64,000 nt of DNA, from contig PSPG01000005.1 in assembly GCA_003193925.1 (NCBI GenBank), positions 1,645 to 65,644 on the forward strand, in the 5' to 3' direction. Source of the DNA: Candidatus Thalassarchaeum betae (GTDB taxonomy: Archaea > Thermoplasmatota > Poseidoniia > Poseidoniales > Thalassarchaeaceae). The notes below the pieces were generated by a model that made no database searches, was not told where the DNA came from, and saw nothing but the letters and a program-made list of their open reading frames with translations. Shown one piece after another: positions 8,766 to 18,367 of this stretch; the stretch's first letter is position 1, and each line of letters begins with the position of its first letter. Position numbers and translations under genes: made by a program.

Positions 8766-10205
8766 ATGGACGACCTGCGCAACTACATCGGTGGGCAGTT
8801 CGTCGCTCACTCCAGTAGCCAGTGGCTGGACAACCTCGAACCCGCGACGGGCTCGCACATCTGCCGCGTACCGCTGTCCGATGCGTCCGACATCGACGCT
8901 GCCGTCGCTGCCGCTCGCGCCGCCCAGCCCGCCTGGGGCGCGCTGAGCCACTCCGAGCGTGCCGACTGGCTGGACCGCATCGCTGACGCGCTCGAAGCGC
9001 GCTACGAGGAGGTCGCCACGCTGGAGAGTCGCGACACCGGCAAGCCGATCACCCTCGCCCGAGGGGTGGACGCCCACCGCTCGGTGTCCAACTTTCGCTT
9101 CTTCGCCGGGATGCTGCGCGAGCACGAGCACGAGATCTTCGAGATGGCGAACGCGACCAACTACGTCATCAACAAGCCGGTGGGGGTCGGTGCTCTGATC
9201 ACCCCGTGGAACCTACCACTCTACCTGCTCTCTTGGAAGGTGGCTCCCGCCATCGGCATGGGTAACACCGTGGTGTGCAAGCCAAGCGAACTGACCCCGC
9301 TGACCGCTGACCTGCTGATGCGGGTCATAGACGAGGTCAGCCTGCCTGCCGGCGTGGTCAACCTCGTCCACGGCGACGGCGCGGGCGCTGGCGCGCCTCT
9401 GGTCGCCGACTCTGACGTCGACCTAGTATCATTCACCGGCGGGACGGCCACCGGGGAGAAGGTGGCGGCATCGGCCGCTCCGGCTTTCAAGAAACTCAGC
9501 CTCGAGCTCGGCGGCAAGAACTCGAGCATCGTCTTCGCCGACTGCGACATGGAATCCACTGTGGCAGGGGTCGTGCGCGCGGGCTTCCTGAACCAGGGCC
9601 AAGTCTGCCTGTGCGGCTCTAGAGTGCTGGTGGAGGACTCAGCCTACGACGAGTTCCGAGACCGCTTCGTCGAAGCCGTCGAGGAGATGCGAATCGGTGA
9701 CCCCTCTGACGAAGCCACCGACCTCGGCGCACTCATCTCCGAGTCTCACCTCGCCAAGGTGCAGGGCTACGTCGAACTGGCAAAGCGGGAGGGCGGGGCC
9801 CTGCTGACCGGAGGCACGTCCTGTGTACCATCCGGCTTCGAGGGCGGCAACTGGATGGCCCCCACGGTCATCGAGGGCCTGAGCCCGGACTCGCGCTGCG
9901 CCACCGAGGAGATCTTCGGGCCGGTCGTCACGATTCACCCGTTCAGCAGTGAGGACGAGGCGGTGGCCATCGCCAACAACACCCGATACGGACTGGCCGG
10001 AAGCGTCTGGACGAGTGACCTCGACAAGGGCAGGAGGGTCTCCGAGGCCATCGACACCGGGATGGTCTGGGTCAACACCTGGCTCCACCGGGACCTGCGC
10101 GTCCCGTTCGGTGGCGTCAAGGACAGCGGAGTGGGCCGTGAGGGCGGCAAATGGAGCCTGGGATTCTTCTCCGAGGCCATGAACGTCTGTGTCAAGCACG
10201 ACTGA
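8766..10205 (+). CDS. Aldehyde dehydrogenase, 2-aminomuconate/hydroxymuconate semialdehyde dehydrogenase-like
   Basis: PWNLPLYLLSWK, SFTGG, LELGGKN, NQGQVCLCGSR, EEIFGPV, RDLRVPFGG motifs. Confidence 0.92.
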   Translation: MDDLRNYIGGQFVAHSSSQWLDNLEPATGSHICRVPLSDASDIDAAVAAARAAQPAWGALSHSERADWLDRIADALEARYEEVATLESRDTGKPITLARGVDAHRSVSNFRFFAGMLREHEHEIFEMANATNYVINKPVGVGALITPWNLPLYLLSWKVAPAIGMGNTVVCKPSELTPLTADLLMRVIDEVSLPAGVVNLVHGDGAGAGAPLVADSDVDLVSFTGGTATGEKVAASAAPAFKKLSLELGGKNSSIVFADCDMESTVAGVVRAGFLNQGQVCLCGSRVLVEDSAYDEFRDRFVEAVEEMRIGDPSDEATDLGALISESHLAKVQGYVELAKREGGALLTGGTSCVPSGFEGGNWMAPTVIEGLSPDSRCATEEIFGPVVTIHPFSSEDEAVAIANNTRYGLAGSVWTSDLDKGRRVSEAIDTGMVWVNTWLHRDLRVPFGGVKDSGVGREGGKWSLGFFSEAMNVCVKHD

Positions 10206-10248
10206 TGCAGCAAGAGTGAAAGTCCGCTCTTGGGCGAAGCGGTCCAGC

Positions 10249-11229
10249 ATGGCACCTGCGGGCATCGTCGGCTTGGGCGCATACGTGCCCCCCAAGGTCA
10301 TGACCAACGACGACTGGGCTGAGATCTTAGACACCAGCGACGAGTGGATCGCCGCCAAGACCGGGATCAAGGAGCGCAGGATCGCCGCGGAAGACGTCTG
10401 CACCAGCGACCTCGCGGTCGTCGCCTGCGAGCAGGCCATGGACGAAGCCGGGATCGGACCCGAGGATGTTGACATGCTCATCCTCGCTACCTCCTCACCC
10501 GACGTGCCACTCTCCTCGACAGCCGGCATCACACAGCACAAGCTCGGCTGCCCCAAGGCGGCGGCATTCGACATCAACGCGGTGTGCGCCGGCTGGGTAC
10601 AAGCGCTCGACGTCGGCGCGCGCTTCGCGGGCACCCCGGGATACGACAACGTGCTGGTCGTGGGCGCCGAGGTCTACAGCCGAATACTCAACTGGGAGGA
10701 TCGCACGACGTGCGTCCTCTTCGGCGACGGTGCCGGGGCAGCGGTCCTGCAGGAGGTGGGCGAAGACAGGGGCCTGCTCGGAAGCTGGATGATGTCCGAC
10801 GGCGCCGGAGCTGAGGTCATCGTGATCCCGGCGGGCGGAGTCAAGAAGCCGATTCCGTCCCCGGGCTTCGAGGACGGGGACCAGTACTTCCACATGGATG
10901 GGCCTGCTGTGTGGGACTTCGCCACCGAGGCTTTCCCTCAGGCGGTTCGTGGCGTTCTCGAGCGGGTCGGTCACTCACTGGACGACGTCGCCCTGATCAT
11001 CGCGCATCAGGCCAATCTGAACATCATCAAGGCGGGTATGGAGAATCTCGGGCTGCCGATGGAAAAGACGTTCACGAACCTGCACAAGTACGGCAACACC
11101 GCCGGCGCCAGTGTGCCCATCGCTTTGCGTGAGGCGCGCGATGAGGGACTGATAGAATCGGGGGACCTAGTTGTCACAGTGGCCTTCGGCGGCGGCCTAG
11201 CCTGGGGTGCAAATGCGATTATCTGGTGA
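10249..11229 (+). CDS. fabH: 3-oxoacyl-ACP synthase III (FabH family)
   Basis: DTSDEWI..KTGIKERR, Cys (AVCAG), His (AHQAN), Asn (YGNT) triad, LFGDGAGA, FGGGLAWG. Confidence 0.93.
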   Translation: MAPAGIVGLGAYVPPKVMTNDDWAEILDTSDEWIAAKTGIKERRIAAEDVCTSDLAVVACEQAMDEAGIGPEDVDMLILATSSPDVPLSSTAGITQHKLGCPKAAAFDINAVCAGWVQALDVGARFAGTPGYDNVLVVGAEVYSRILNWEDRTTCVLFGDGAGAAVLQEVGEDRGLLGSWMMSDGAGAEVIVIPAGGVKKPIPSPGFEDGDQYFHMDGPAVWDFATEAFPQAVRGVLERVGHSLDDVALIIAHQANLNIIKAGMENLGLPMEKTFTNLHKYGNTAGASVPIALREARDEGLIESGDLVVTVAFGGGLAWGANAIIW

Positions 11230-11312
11230 GTCGGGGTGCATCTTTTAGAATACCCACCCCGGAATCCGCAGACAGTTTAGATGAAGTAGTATGAGTGTGG
11301 CGCAGTCAAAAT

Positions 11313-11504
11313 ATGCCTCAGGGTACAGTAAAGTGGTTTAACAGAGTAAAAGGATTCGGATTCATAGAACAGGAAGACGGTGAGGACCTCTTCGTTCACA
11401 AGACTGCGGTCGAGGGGACGATCGCGGATGGCGACGCCGTCGAGTTCGAAGTCGGCGAGGGGCCGAAGGGACCCAATGCCGTCAACGTCCGTAAAGTAGA
11501 GTGA
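11313..11504 (+). CDS. cspA: Cold-shock domain protein
   Basis: [28 protein letters not shown]. Confidence 0.96.
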   Translation: MPQGTVKWFNRVKGFGFIEQEDGEDLFVHKTAVEGTIADGDAVEFEVGEGPKGPNAVNVRKVE

Positions 11505-11521
11505 TTCGCTGTCTTAGCGAC

Positions 11522-11539
11522 TCAGTGGGCACCCACTGA
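11522..11539. terminator. Hairpin TCAGTGGG-CA-CCCACTGA between convergent genes
   Basis: 8-bp perfect inverted repeat between the csp stop and the stop of the giant gene. Confidence 0.45.
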
Positions 11540-11544
11540 TTCGG

Positions 11545-14500
11545 CTACTCGAGGGGCTTCCATGAACCGGTGGCCGCATCGAAGGTCATGACGCTTCCAT
11601 CCGGGTCCTGGGCGAAGACCGTGCCCGAGTCGTCGACCCAGACCAACTGGCCCTGCTCGTTCAGTTTAGCGTGGGCCGGCGCCGAAGACCGCTCGAGCTC
11701 CTCCTCCAGCTCCTGGAGGAACTGGTCGGTATCGGCAGTCTCCTCCGTCATCGGCTCGGTTTCCTCCATGGGCTCCGACTCCTGCATCGCCCGAGAATCA
11801 GCGGCCACGCTCTCGGTGTGCTCTGCGGCCTCGGTGATGGTCGGAGTGTCCTTGCGGCGCATCGCCATCCAGCCTCCGAGGCCCAGCACGAGAATGACGG
11901 CCAGAGCCCCGAACACGAATCCGTATTTCCCGAGCAGATCCTCCTCGAGGTGCTTTGTGGCGTCGTGGGGAAAGGCGTCGCCGTTGTCGCCGTAGCCGTC
12001 CCCGTCGGAGTCGGCCCACTCGGCGGCGTCGGTAGGGAACGCGTCGAGCGCGTCGTTGAAGCCGTCGTCGTCGGTGTCGGTGTCCTTCGGGTTGGTCCCC
12101 AGCTCGGCCTCCTGGGCGTCGGTGAGCCCGTCGTTGTCGTCATCGGGGTCCTCGTTGTCGCCCAGCCCGTCCATGTCGTTGTCGTACCACTCCTCGGGGT
12201 CGAACGGCAGGGCGTCGGCGTCGTCCGGGAAGCCGTCGTTGTCATCATCCGCATCCTCATCAGTATCCTTGCAACCGTCAGCGTCGTTGTCCGAGCCGGG
12301 GCTGCTGGACCATCCCATCAGGCCCAGAGGGCACAGGTCCATCCCGTCATCGATGCCGTCTCCGTCGTCGTCTGAGTCGACGACGTCGTGAGTCCTGTCT
12401 CCGTCGGTGTCCAGGTAGCAGTCGTCCTCTGAGTCGGCACCCACCTGCAGCGTGATATGGCTCTCCGGGCAGTTCTCCACGCTGCTGCTGCCGGTTCCTA
12501 CGGCATATGTGTCCAGGGGTGCTGGCAACTGCTCGGCCTGGCCCTCGTCGGGCACGTAGTGACCGAGCATCGCCTCCGAGCATGAGAGTTGGCCCACTGC
12601 AGACTGGTAGGCGCCCGGGCTGCAGGGTGTCTGTTCTGAACTGGCTTGGCCGTCGACGTAGTGCCCTGCGTCCGCGGCCAAGCAGCCGGCGGCACTGCCC
12701 GAGGCTGTGGACGGGTTGTAGGTCCCTGCGGGGCAGGGGGACTGGGAGGTCGAGCCGCTGTAGGTGACGAAGTACCCCGGGTCCGAGTCAAGGCAGGTGG
12801 TCTGGCCTGAGTTCGGCTGGTAGGTACCGGGAGCGCACTCGATCTGGTCGGCTAGGCCCGCGATGTCGGAGTAATGGCCGGGGCCGACGTCGATGCAGTC
12901 ATCGCGGTCGCCGGAGCCAGTCGCTGGATTGTACGTAGTTGGAGGGCACGGAGTCTGTGATGCCGAGCCATTGCTGTCGACGTAGTTGCCGGGCTCGGCG
13001 TCCAGACAACTGGAGGCGCCCGTATCAGGTTGGAAGGTCCCCAACTGGCACTGGGCTTGAGTGGTCGATTCCATGGCGGGGACGAAGTGACCCGGATCGG
13101 CATCGAGGCAGGAGTCCTGGCCGGTGATGGGCTGGTAGGTGCCCTCTGCGCATCCCGACTGCGAGGACATGCCCTCCGTCGAGGTGTAGTGGCCTGCGTC
13201 CGTGGAGACGCAGTTGGCGAGCGACGAGGCCCCGGAGTTCGGGTTGTAAGTCCCGGGCCGACAAGCCGTCTGCTGAGTCGCCCCGGTGCTGTCGACATAG
13301 TATCCGGGCGCGGCATCCATGCAGGCACTCTGAGCCGTGTCCGGGTTGTACGTCCCAAGGCTGCACGGAGTCTGTGCAGTCGCCCCTCCTGAGTCCACGT
13401 AGTTACCGGTGTCGGCGTCGAGGCACGAAGTCTGACCGGAGCCCGGCTGGTAGTGGCCAGTCGTGCACGGCGTCTGGTAAGACGAGCCCCCCATTGGCAC
13501 AGAGTTCCCGGGGTCTGCGGGCAGGCAGGCATCGGAACTGGAGGAGCCGGTCAGGGGATTGTAGGTCCCAGGCACGCAGGGAGTGGGCGATGTGGCCGCT
13601 GTGCTGTCGACATAGTAGCCGGCAGGCGAGTCGATGCACGAGGATGAGCCGTAGTTAGGCTGGAACGTCCCTATGTCGCACGCTGTCTGGTTGGCGGAGC
13701 CGGTGCTGCCGACATAGTAGCCTGGGTCTGCCAGATCGCATCTGTCCTGCCCAGCCAGTGGCTGGTAGGAGCCGATATCGCACGGAGTCTGGGTCGTGGA
13801 AGCCACGGTGTTGACGTAGTATCCGGGTGATGCGTTTAGGCAGAAGGATTGCCCCGTATTAGGCTGGTAGGTTCCAATGGGGCATGCCGTCTGGCTAGTT
13901 GAGTTGTAGTACAGGACGAAGTGTCCGGCCGATGCGTCGATGCAAGATGCCTGTCCGGTTGAGGGCTGGTAGGTGCCCGGGCTGCACGCCGTCTGGAAGG
14001 TCGCGGCAGTTGAGTCAACGTAGTAGCCGGCGTCGGCGTCGATGCATGAGGTCTGTCCGGTGTTGGGCTGATAGGTGCCTGTACTGCACGCAACGTCGTC
14101 GGTCGCCCCGGTGGTGTTGACGTAGTGCCCTGCGGCGGCGGGAGTCTGGTCTATGGCTGCAGACGTGTCAACGTAGTTCCCGAGGCTCGCCAGCAGGCAT
14201 GAGGACTGGGCCGTGATTGGCTGGAAACTTCCCGGGCTGCACTCAGTCTGGGTGGTGGAGCCGATGTCAGGCACGTAGTGTCCGGGAGATGCTTCTACGC
14301 ACGAGGATTGGTTGGAATAGGGTTGGTAGGTTCCCTCTGAGCACTGGTACTGCCCGGCACCAATCTCAACATCCACCGCCATCGAGGGGTTGCCGACGAC
14401 GGCTCCGTCAGCGGTGGAGAACAGCCAGACCTGCAGAGTGTACTGGCCTGTCCCGTTCCAAGGTGCGACCAGGATGTACAGGTCCGAGCTGGAGGAGAAG

Positions 14501-16452
14501 TTCGTGTTGTTGGTCGAGGTCTCGTCGTATGCCGTGGAGTAGCTGTAGTTCAGCAGGGTCAGGTTGTAGTCATAGATAGCGAGGTCGAAGTCGGCTCCAG
14601 TGGGGGAGGTCAGGCCCACGGCCACCCCCGAGTCCTTCGGTACTGACATCACGAACAGGTCCTGCACGTCACTGTTCGAATCGATGGATCCGTTATACTC
14701 GGCACTGTTGGCTGAGATGTTGAAGGCCGACGAGGAATAAGACCCGGCATCGCCGAAACTCGGGTTTGTGTAGTTGCCAGGTGAGCTGTCAACGCAGGAG
14801 GTCTGGCCCAAATTGGGCTGATAGGTGCCTGCAGAGCACAACGTCTGAGCGGTAGCCTGAGCGGAGGAGACGTAGTTTCCCGCCGATGCTGAGTAGCACA
14901 GTGGATAGCCCGACTCGGGTTGGTATGTCCCTGTCTGGCAAGGCTGGTGATACAAGGCACCCGACACAGCGAAGTGCCCGGGCTCAGCCTCGGTGCAAGT
15001 CAGTCGGCCCCATGAGCCGAGCTCGCAGTTCATCCACCTCGCTGGGTTGCTGGGATAGGGGTCGTCGGGCACGGGGACGCCGTCGCCATCGTCATCGCCT
15101 GACATGTGCGTGTCCAACGCATTCCGGGTGCCATCGCCGTCCATGTCCTGGTCTGAGTAGGCGATATCGGCGCCGTCTGCGAAGTTCATCGTATGCGGGA
15201 GCAGTATGTTGCCTGAGGTGCCGGTGAACTCACCTGACTGCTGGCCCCAGCATTGCAGCGAGTAGTTATCGAGGATCGCGCATGTCGCACCTGCTCCTGC
15301 GGAGAGGGCGATGGCGCTGCTGCCAGTGCTGAGGTTCACGTGCACGGGAGTGTTGCCGTTGTCTCCGTCACACCCGCTGGAGGGGATGACCGAACTGCAC
15401 GAGCCGTCGCCCCACTGGCCGTACGTGTTGACCCCCCAGCAGTTCATCGAGCCGTTGTCCAGTATCGCGCAGGTGTGGTCAGAGGTCCCGTCGATGGCGA
15501 CTGCGGTCCTGCCAGCGGCGAAGTCGATATGGACAGAACCGTTTGTGACAGTCCCAAACATCGCGGTGACTGTGTAGGACTGACCCCAGCAGTACACGGA
15601 GCCGTTCTCGAAGATAGCGCAGGCGCCGTATCCCGGTGTGGCTATGGCGACGGCTCGCATTCCTGTTGAGTGATTGACCTCTACTGGCACATTGCTGTGG
15701 ATGGTGGTCCCGTCCCCGAGAACTCCGTAGAAGTTGCCCCCCCAGCACTTGATTGCGCCGGTGTTCGTTACCGCGCACGTGGAATCGATTCCAGCTGAGA
15801 GGGCTACAGCAGTGGTGTTGGTTCCTAGGTCAACGCTCACAGGTGCGTTCCTGTTTGCATTGGAACCGTCCCCGAGCTGCCCGACGTTGTTCCTTCCCCA
15901 GCACATGACTGAGCCGTCGTCCAGTATCGCGCAATTGTGGGTGTTACCGTCCGAGATCGCAGCGGCCATCCTGTCGCCGAGATCGACTGTGCCGTTGCTC
16001 AGTGAGAAGGAGCCCAGACCGAGCTGTCCGTAGTTGTTGACCCCTGTGCATCGGAGGCTGTAGTTGTCGAGTATCGCGCAAGAGCCCGCAATTGACACGA
16101 TGTCATCGGCGGTATAGACCGGGTTGCTGCTGTTGTTTGTAGAAGCGAAGGTGACGCGGGTGCCGTTGTCCAGCACTAAGGTAGGAGAGCCTGAGTTGAG
16201 TTCGAAGACGGAGTTGGAGAATACCGATCCCCTTTCCGAGCCGGCCTGGTTCAACGTGCTCGGGCCGCCGGGGGTGTCGGCTCGTCCGGGGGTGTCATCG
16301 AGTTCGGGCGGCTCGACTGTCGAGGCCACGAATGCCGAGGCGGACACACCGAGGAAGAGCAAGCATATCGAGGCGGCCACGAGTCGGTTGGCCGGAGTTT
16401 GTTTTCGTACTCGCATTCGCCCGCCTCGCTGTCCCATTGCAGTTCCAACCAA
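11545..16452 (-). CDS. Giant membrane-anchored surface protein: RCC1 repeats, PPC-like domain, ~19 Cys-rich GCC2/GCC3 (ephrin-receptor-like) repeats, TSP3-like Ca-binding repeats, C-terminal TM
   Basis: CWG.N..GQLGDG RCC1 motifs; repeated C..GTYQP..GQ.SC.DA.PG.YV; DxDxDG repeats; TM followed by RRK; exact start uncertain (16416-16452). Confidence 0.88.
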   Translation of the reverse strand: MVGTAMGQRGGRMRVRKQTPANRLVAASICLLFLGVSASAFVASTVEPPELDDTPGRADTPGGPSTLNQAGSERGSVFSNSVFELNSGSPTLVLDNGTRVTFASTNNSSNPVYTADDIVSIAGSCAILDNYSLRCTGVNNYGQLGLGSFSLSNGTVDLGDRMAAAISDGNTHNCAILDDGSVMCWGRNNVGQLGDGSNANRNAPVSVDLGTNTTAVALSAGIDSTCAVTNTGAIKCWGGNFYGVLGDGTTIHSNVPVEVNHSTGMRAVAIATPGYGACAIFENGSVYCWGQSYTVTAMFGTVTNGSVHIDFAAGRTAVAIDGTSDHTCAILDNGSMNCWGVNTYGQWGDGSCSSVIPSSGCDGDNGNTPVHVNLSTGSSAIALSAGAGATCAILDNYSLQCWGQQSGEFTGTSGNILLPHTMNFADGADIAYSDQDMDGDGTRNALDTHMSGDDDGDGVPVPDDPYPSNPARWMNCELGSWGRLTCTEAEPGHFAVSGALYHQPCQTGTYQPESGYPLCYSASAGNYVSSAQATAQTLCSAGTYQPNLGQTSCVDSSPGNYTNPSFGDAGSYSSSAFNISANSAEYNGSIDSNSDVQDLFVMSVPKDSGVAVGLTSPTGADFDLAIYDYNLTLLNYSYSTAYDETSTNNTNFSSSSDLYILVAPWNGTGQYTLQVWLFSTADGAVVGNPSMAVDVEIGAGQYQCSEGTYQPYSNQSSCVEASPGHYVPDIGSTTQTECSPGSFQPITAQSSCLLASLGNYVDTSAAIDQTPAAAGHYVNTTGATDDVACSTGTYQPNTGQTSCIDADAGYYVDSTAATFQTACSPGTYQPSTGQASCIDASAGHFVLYYNSTSQTACPIGTYQPNTGQSFCLNASPGYYVNTVASTTQTPCDIGSYQPLAGQDRCDLADPGYYVGSTGSANQTACDIGTFQPNYGSSSCIDSPAGYYVDSTAATSPTPCVPGTYNPLTGSSSSDACLPADPGNSVPMGGSSYQTPCTTGHYQPGSGQTSCLDADTGNYVDSGGATAQTPCSLGTYNPDTAQSACMDAAPGYYVDSTGATQQTACRPGTYNPNSGASSLANCVSTDAGHYTSTEGMSSQSGCAEGTYQPITGQDSCLDADPGHFVPAMESTTQAQCQLGTFQPDTGASSCLDAEPGNYVDSNGSASQTPCPPTTYNPATGSGDRDDCIDVGPGHYSDIAGLADQIECAPGTYQPNSGQTTCLDSDPGYFVTYSGSTSQSPCPAGTYNPSTASGSAAGCLAADAGHYVDGQASSEQTPCSPGAYQSAVGQLSCSEAMLGHYVPDEGQAEQLPAPLDTYAVGTGSSSVENCPESHITLQVGADSEDDCYLDTDGDRTHDVVDSDDDGDGIDDGMDLCPLGLMGWSSSPGSDNDADGCKDTDEDADDDNDGFPDDADALPFDPEEWYDNDMDGLGDNEDPDDDNDGLTDAQEAELGTNPKDTDTDDDGFNDALDAFPTDAAEWADSDGDGYGDNGDAFPHDATKHLEEDLLGKYGFVFGALAVILVLGLGGWMAMRRKDTPTITEAAEHTESVAADSRAMQESEPMEETEPMTEETADTDQFLQELEEELERSSAPAHAKLNEQGQLVWVDDSGTVFAQDPDGSVMTFDAATGSWKPLE

Positions 16453-16460
16453 AGAGATTC

Positions 16461-16476
16461 GTCGGACTAGTCCGAC
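16461..16476. promoter_or_regulatory. Perfect 16-bp palindrome GTCGGACTAGTCCGAC, putative operator
   Basis: Self-complementary sequence just upstream of the giant surface protein gene. Confidence 0.45.
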
Positions 16477-16540
16477 AAGTGCCTATTCTAGCCAAAAAGC
16501 GAAACAGTTGGGAATATGACTATTGCTGTGCCACGGACGC

Positions 16541-18322
16541 TCATGCATCACAACTGAGCACTGAATCCGCTGTAGCAGGAAAGTTGAGTCTGGCAGCAGC
16601 GAATGCTGATTCCACCGAGTCGAACGTCACGCCCCTGGAAGCCGCTCTGGCGCGGGCGGAGACCAGTCTCCAAGCTCCCTTGCCGCCGATTCCCGGGATG
16701 GCCATGAACTGCTGCTGCGTGGCGGAGTTGACATCGAGGCCTACCTCGACCCCTGTGATGCTGCGCATGCCATGGCCCGTCACCAGTATGTCAGAGCCGG
16801 TCTCGAGGGGGATCTTGTAAGGGACTCCGACGAGAATCGGGTATGCTCCTATCTGCCGGCCGAAGGTGATTCCGGGCGCACCGTGGATGGATGCCTCGCG
16901 GTAACTCGGGTCGAGGACCTGCTCGGGCCTGCGGATGCGGTCGTTGTGCGCCTCCCACCAGACGTCCCTCAGGATGGTGCCGATCGGCAGCATCTCCTTG
17001 AGGAGCGGTCGGTCGATGCTCTCGCGCACCTCGCGCTTGAACTCGCGGAAGGTCTGCTCCGGGATCTCCTGAAAGCCCCTCCCCTCGACCTGCCGGATGT
17101 TGATCCTCCTCAGCCACAGGCCCTCGTTGCGCAGGCTTGCGAGCAACTCGAGGTTCATCCGATATGTCGCCTCGGTCTCGCCGTTGAGCCCGGCGATGAA
17201 ATTGAGTCCCGGCAGCAGCCTCGGCAGGCCCCTCTCGCCTCGCTGCCTGCCGTACTCGTTGACCAGTCGGATGGCGATCCGCAGTTGCTTGGGGTTGCAG
17301 TTCAGCCAGTTCTGCTCGTGCACCGTCGGGTCCGCCGACTCGAGCCCGAAAGAGAGTACTGCGCCATCGGAGAGTGTCTCGACAAGCGTCTTTGTGATCT
17401 CGGTCGAGGGCTCGATGCTCTCTGCGACTATCGAGGGATTGGCGTTGTCCACATGGAGGATGCCGAGTCTCTCGTCCTCGCGCGCACCATGCAGCACCTT
17501 GGCTATCGGCTCGGGGTCGGGAATCGGGTACTCGAGGTCCTCGACTCCTTCGGCGCGGTAGGTGTAGATGTCAGTCGCGCCGCCGATGCGCACATGCCTG
17601 ACTCCGGCATCCATCGCCGCGGTGAGCTCACCCAGGACGTCTTCCTCGCTGCGCCACAGTGGCAGCCCCTTCTTCGGCTCTATGCAGAACTTGCAGCCTC
17701 GCTTGAAGCGGACGCAGCCCTGGTAGAGCTCGATCTCGTAAGTCAGGGGGCCGGGAGTGCCGTCAGGCGCAGTCAGGTCAGGGTGCTCCATGACGGCCTT
17801 CGACGAGGCCCCGGCATGCGCCCATCTGGTCCATTGCTCGGGCGTCCTCCTCGCGTGACCCCATTCCCCGGTCGACAGGTAGTGGTCGAGACTCGCATCG
17901 GTGTCCTGGACCGCGCAGAAAAGGTTCGAGCGCAGCGGGGTCCAGCCGTCGTAGCGCCAGTGGCGGATTGCCCAGCCGCCGCACAGGACTGGCTGCCCGC
18001 TGGGCAGTATCGCGAGGACCTCGTCCATCTCGCGGCGGCTGATCGGGGTGCCTCTGACGTACTTGCCAGGCACCACAGCGCCTGCCAGCACCACCGCGCC
18101 GTCCAACTCGGACAGCTCGAGCTTGAGGGCATTCCTGTCCTCGGGCTCTGCCAGACGGGGCTTCTGGTACATCCGCCACTCATCGATGGTCATGTAGGTG
18201 TATGGGACGCCTCGGGCCTCCAGCACTCCGCAGATGTAACGTATGTGGAAACCGAGGTAGTTCGGCACCCCGAAGGCGGCAGGCTCGTCCTCGTAACCGT
18301 CGAGGACAAGCCATCCTTCCAT
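16541..18322 (-). CDS. Radical SAM protein with C-terminal TRAM-like and helix-hairpin-helix regions (COG1031-like)
   Basis: DGYEDEPAAFGVP N-terminus, GCVRFKRGCKFC cluster motif, TFGRQIGAYPILVG, IPGIGGK HhH. Confidence 0.88.
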   Translation of the reverse strand: MEGWLVLDGYEDEPAAFGVPNYLGFHIRYICGVLEARGVPYTYMTIDEWRMYQKPRLAEPEDRNALKLELSELDGAVVLAGAVVPGKYVRGTPISRREMDEVLAILPSGQPVLCGGWAIRHWRYDGWTPLRSNLFCAVQDTDASLDHYLSTGEWGHARRTPEQWTRWAHAGASSKAVMEHPDLTAPDGTPGPLTYEIELYQGCVRFKRGCKFCIEPKKGLPLWRSEEDVLGELTAAMDAGVRHVRIGGATDIYTYRAEGVEDLEYPIPDPEPIAKVLHGAREDERLGILHVDNANPSIVAESIEPSTEITKTLVETLSDGAVLSFGLESADPTVHEQNWLNCNPKQLRIAIRLVNEYGRQRGERGLPRLLPGLNFIAGLNGETEATYRMNLELLASLRNEGLWLRRINIRQVEGRGFQEIPEQTFREFKREVRESIDRPLLKEMLPIGTILRDVWWEAHNDRIRRPEQVLDPSYREASIHGAPGITFGRQIGAYPILVGVPYKIPLETGSDILVTGHGMRSITGVEVGLDVNSATQQQFMAIPGIGGKGAWRLVSARARAASRGVTFDSVESAFAAARLNFPATADSVLSCDA

Positions 18323-18367
18323 CGTAGCCCCGGTAAGGCGGCCGGTTTCCTAGTATTCACCGCTTCG

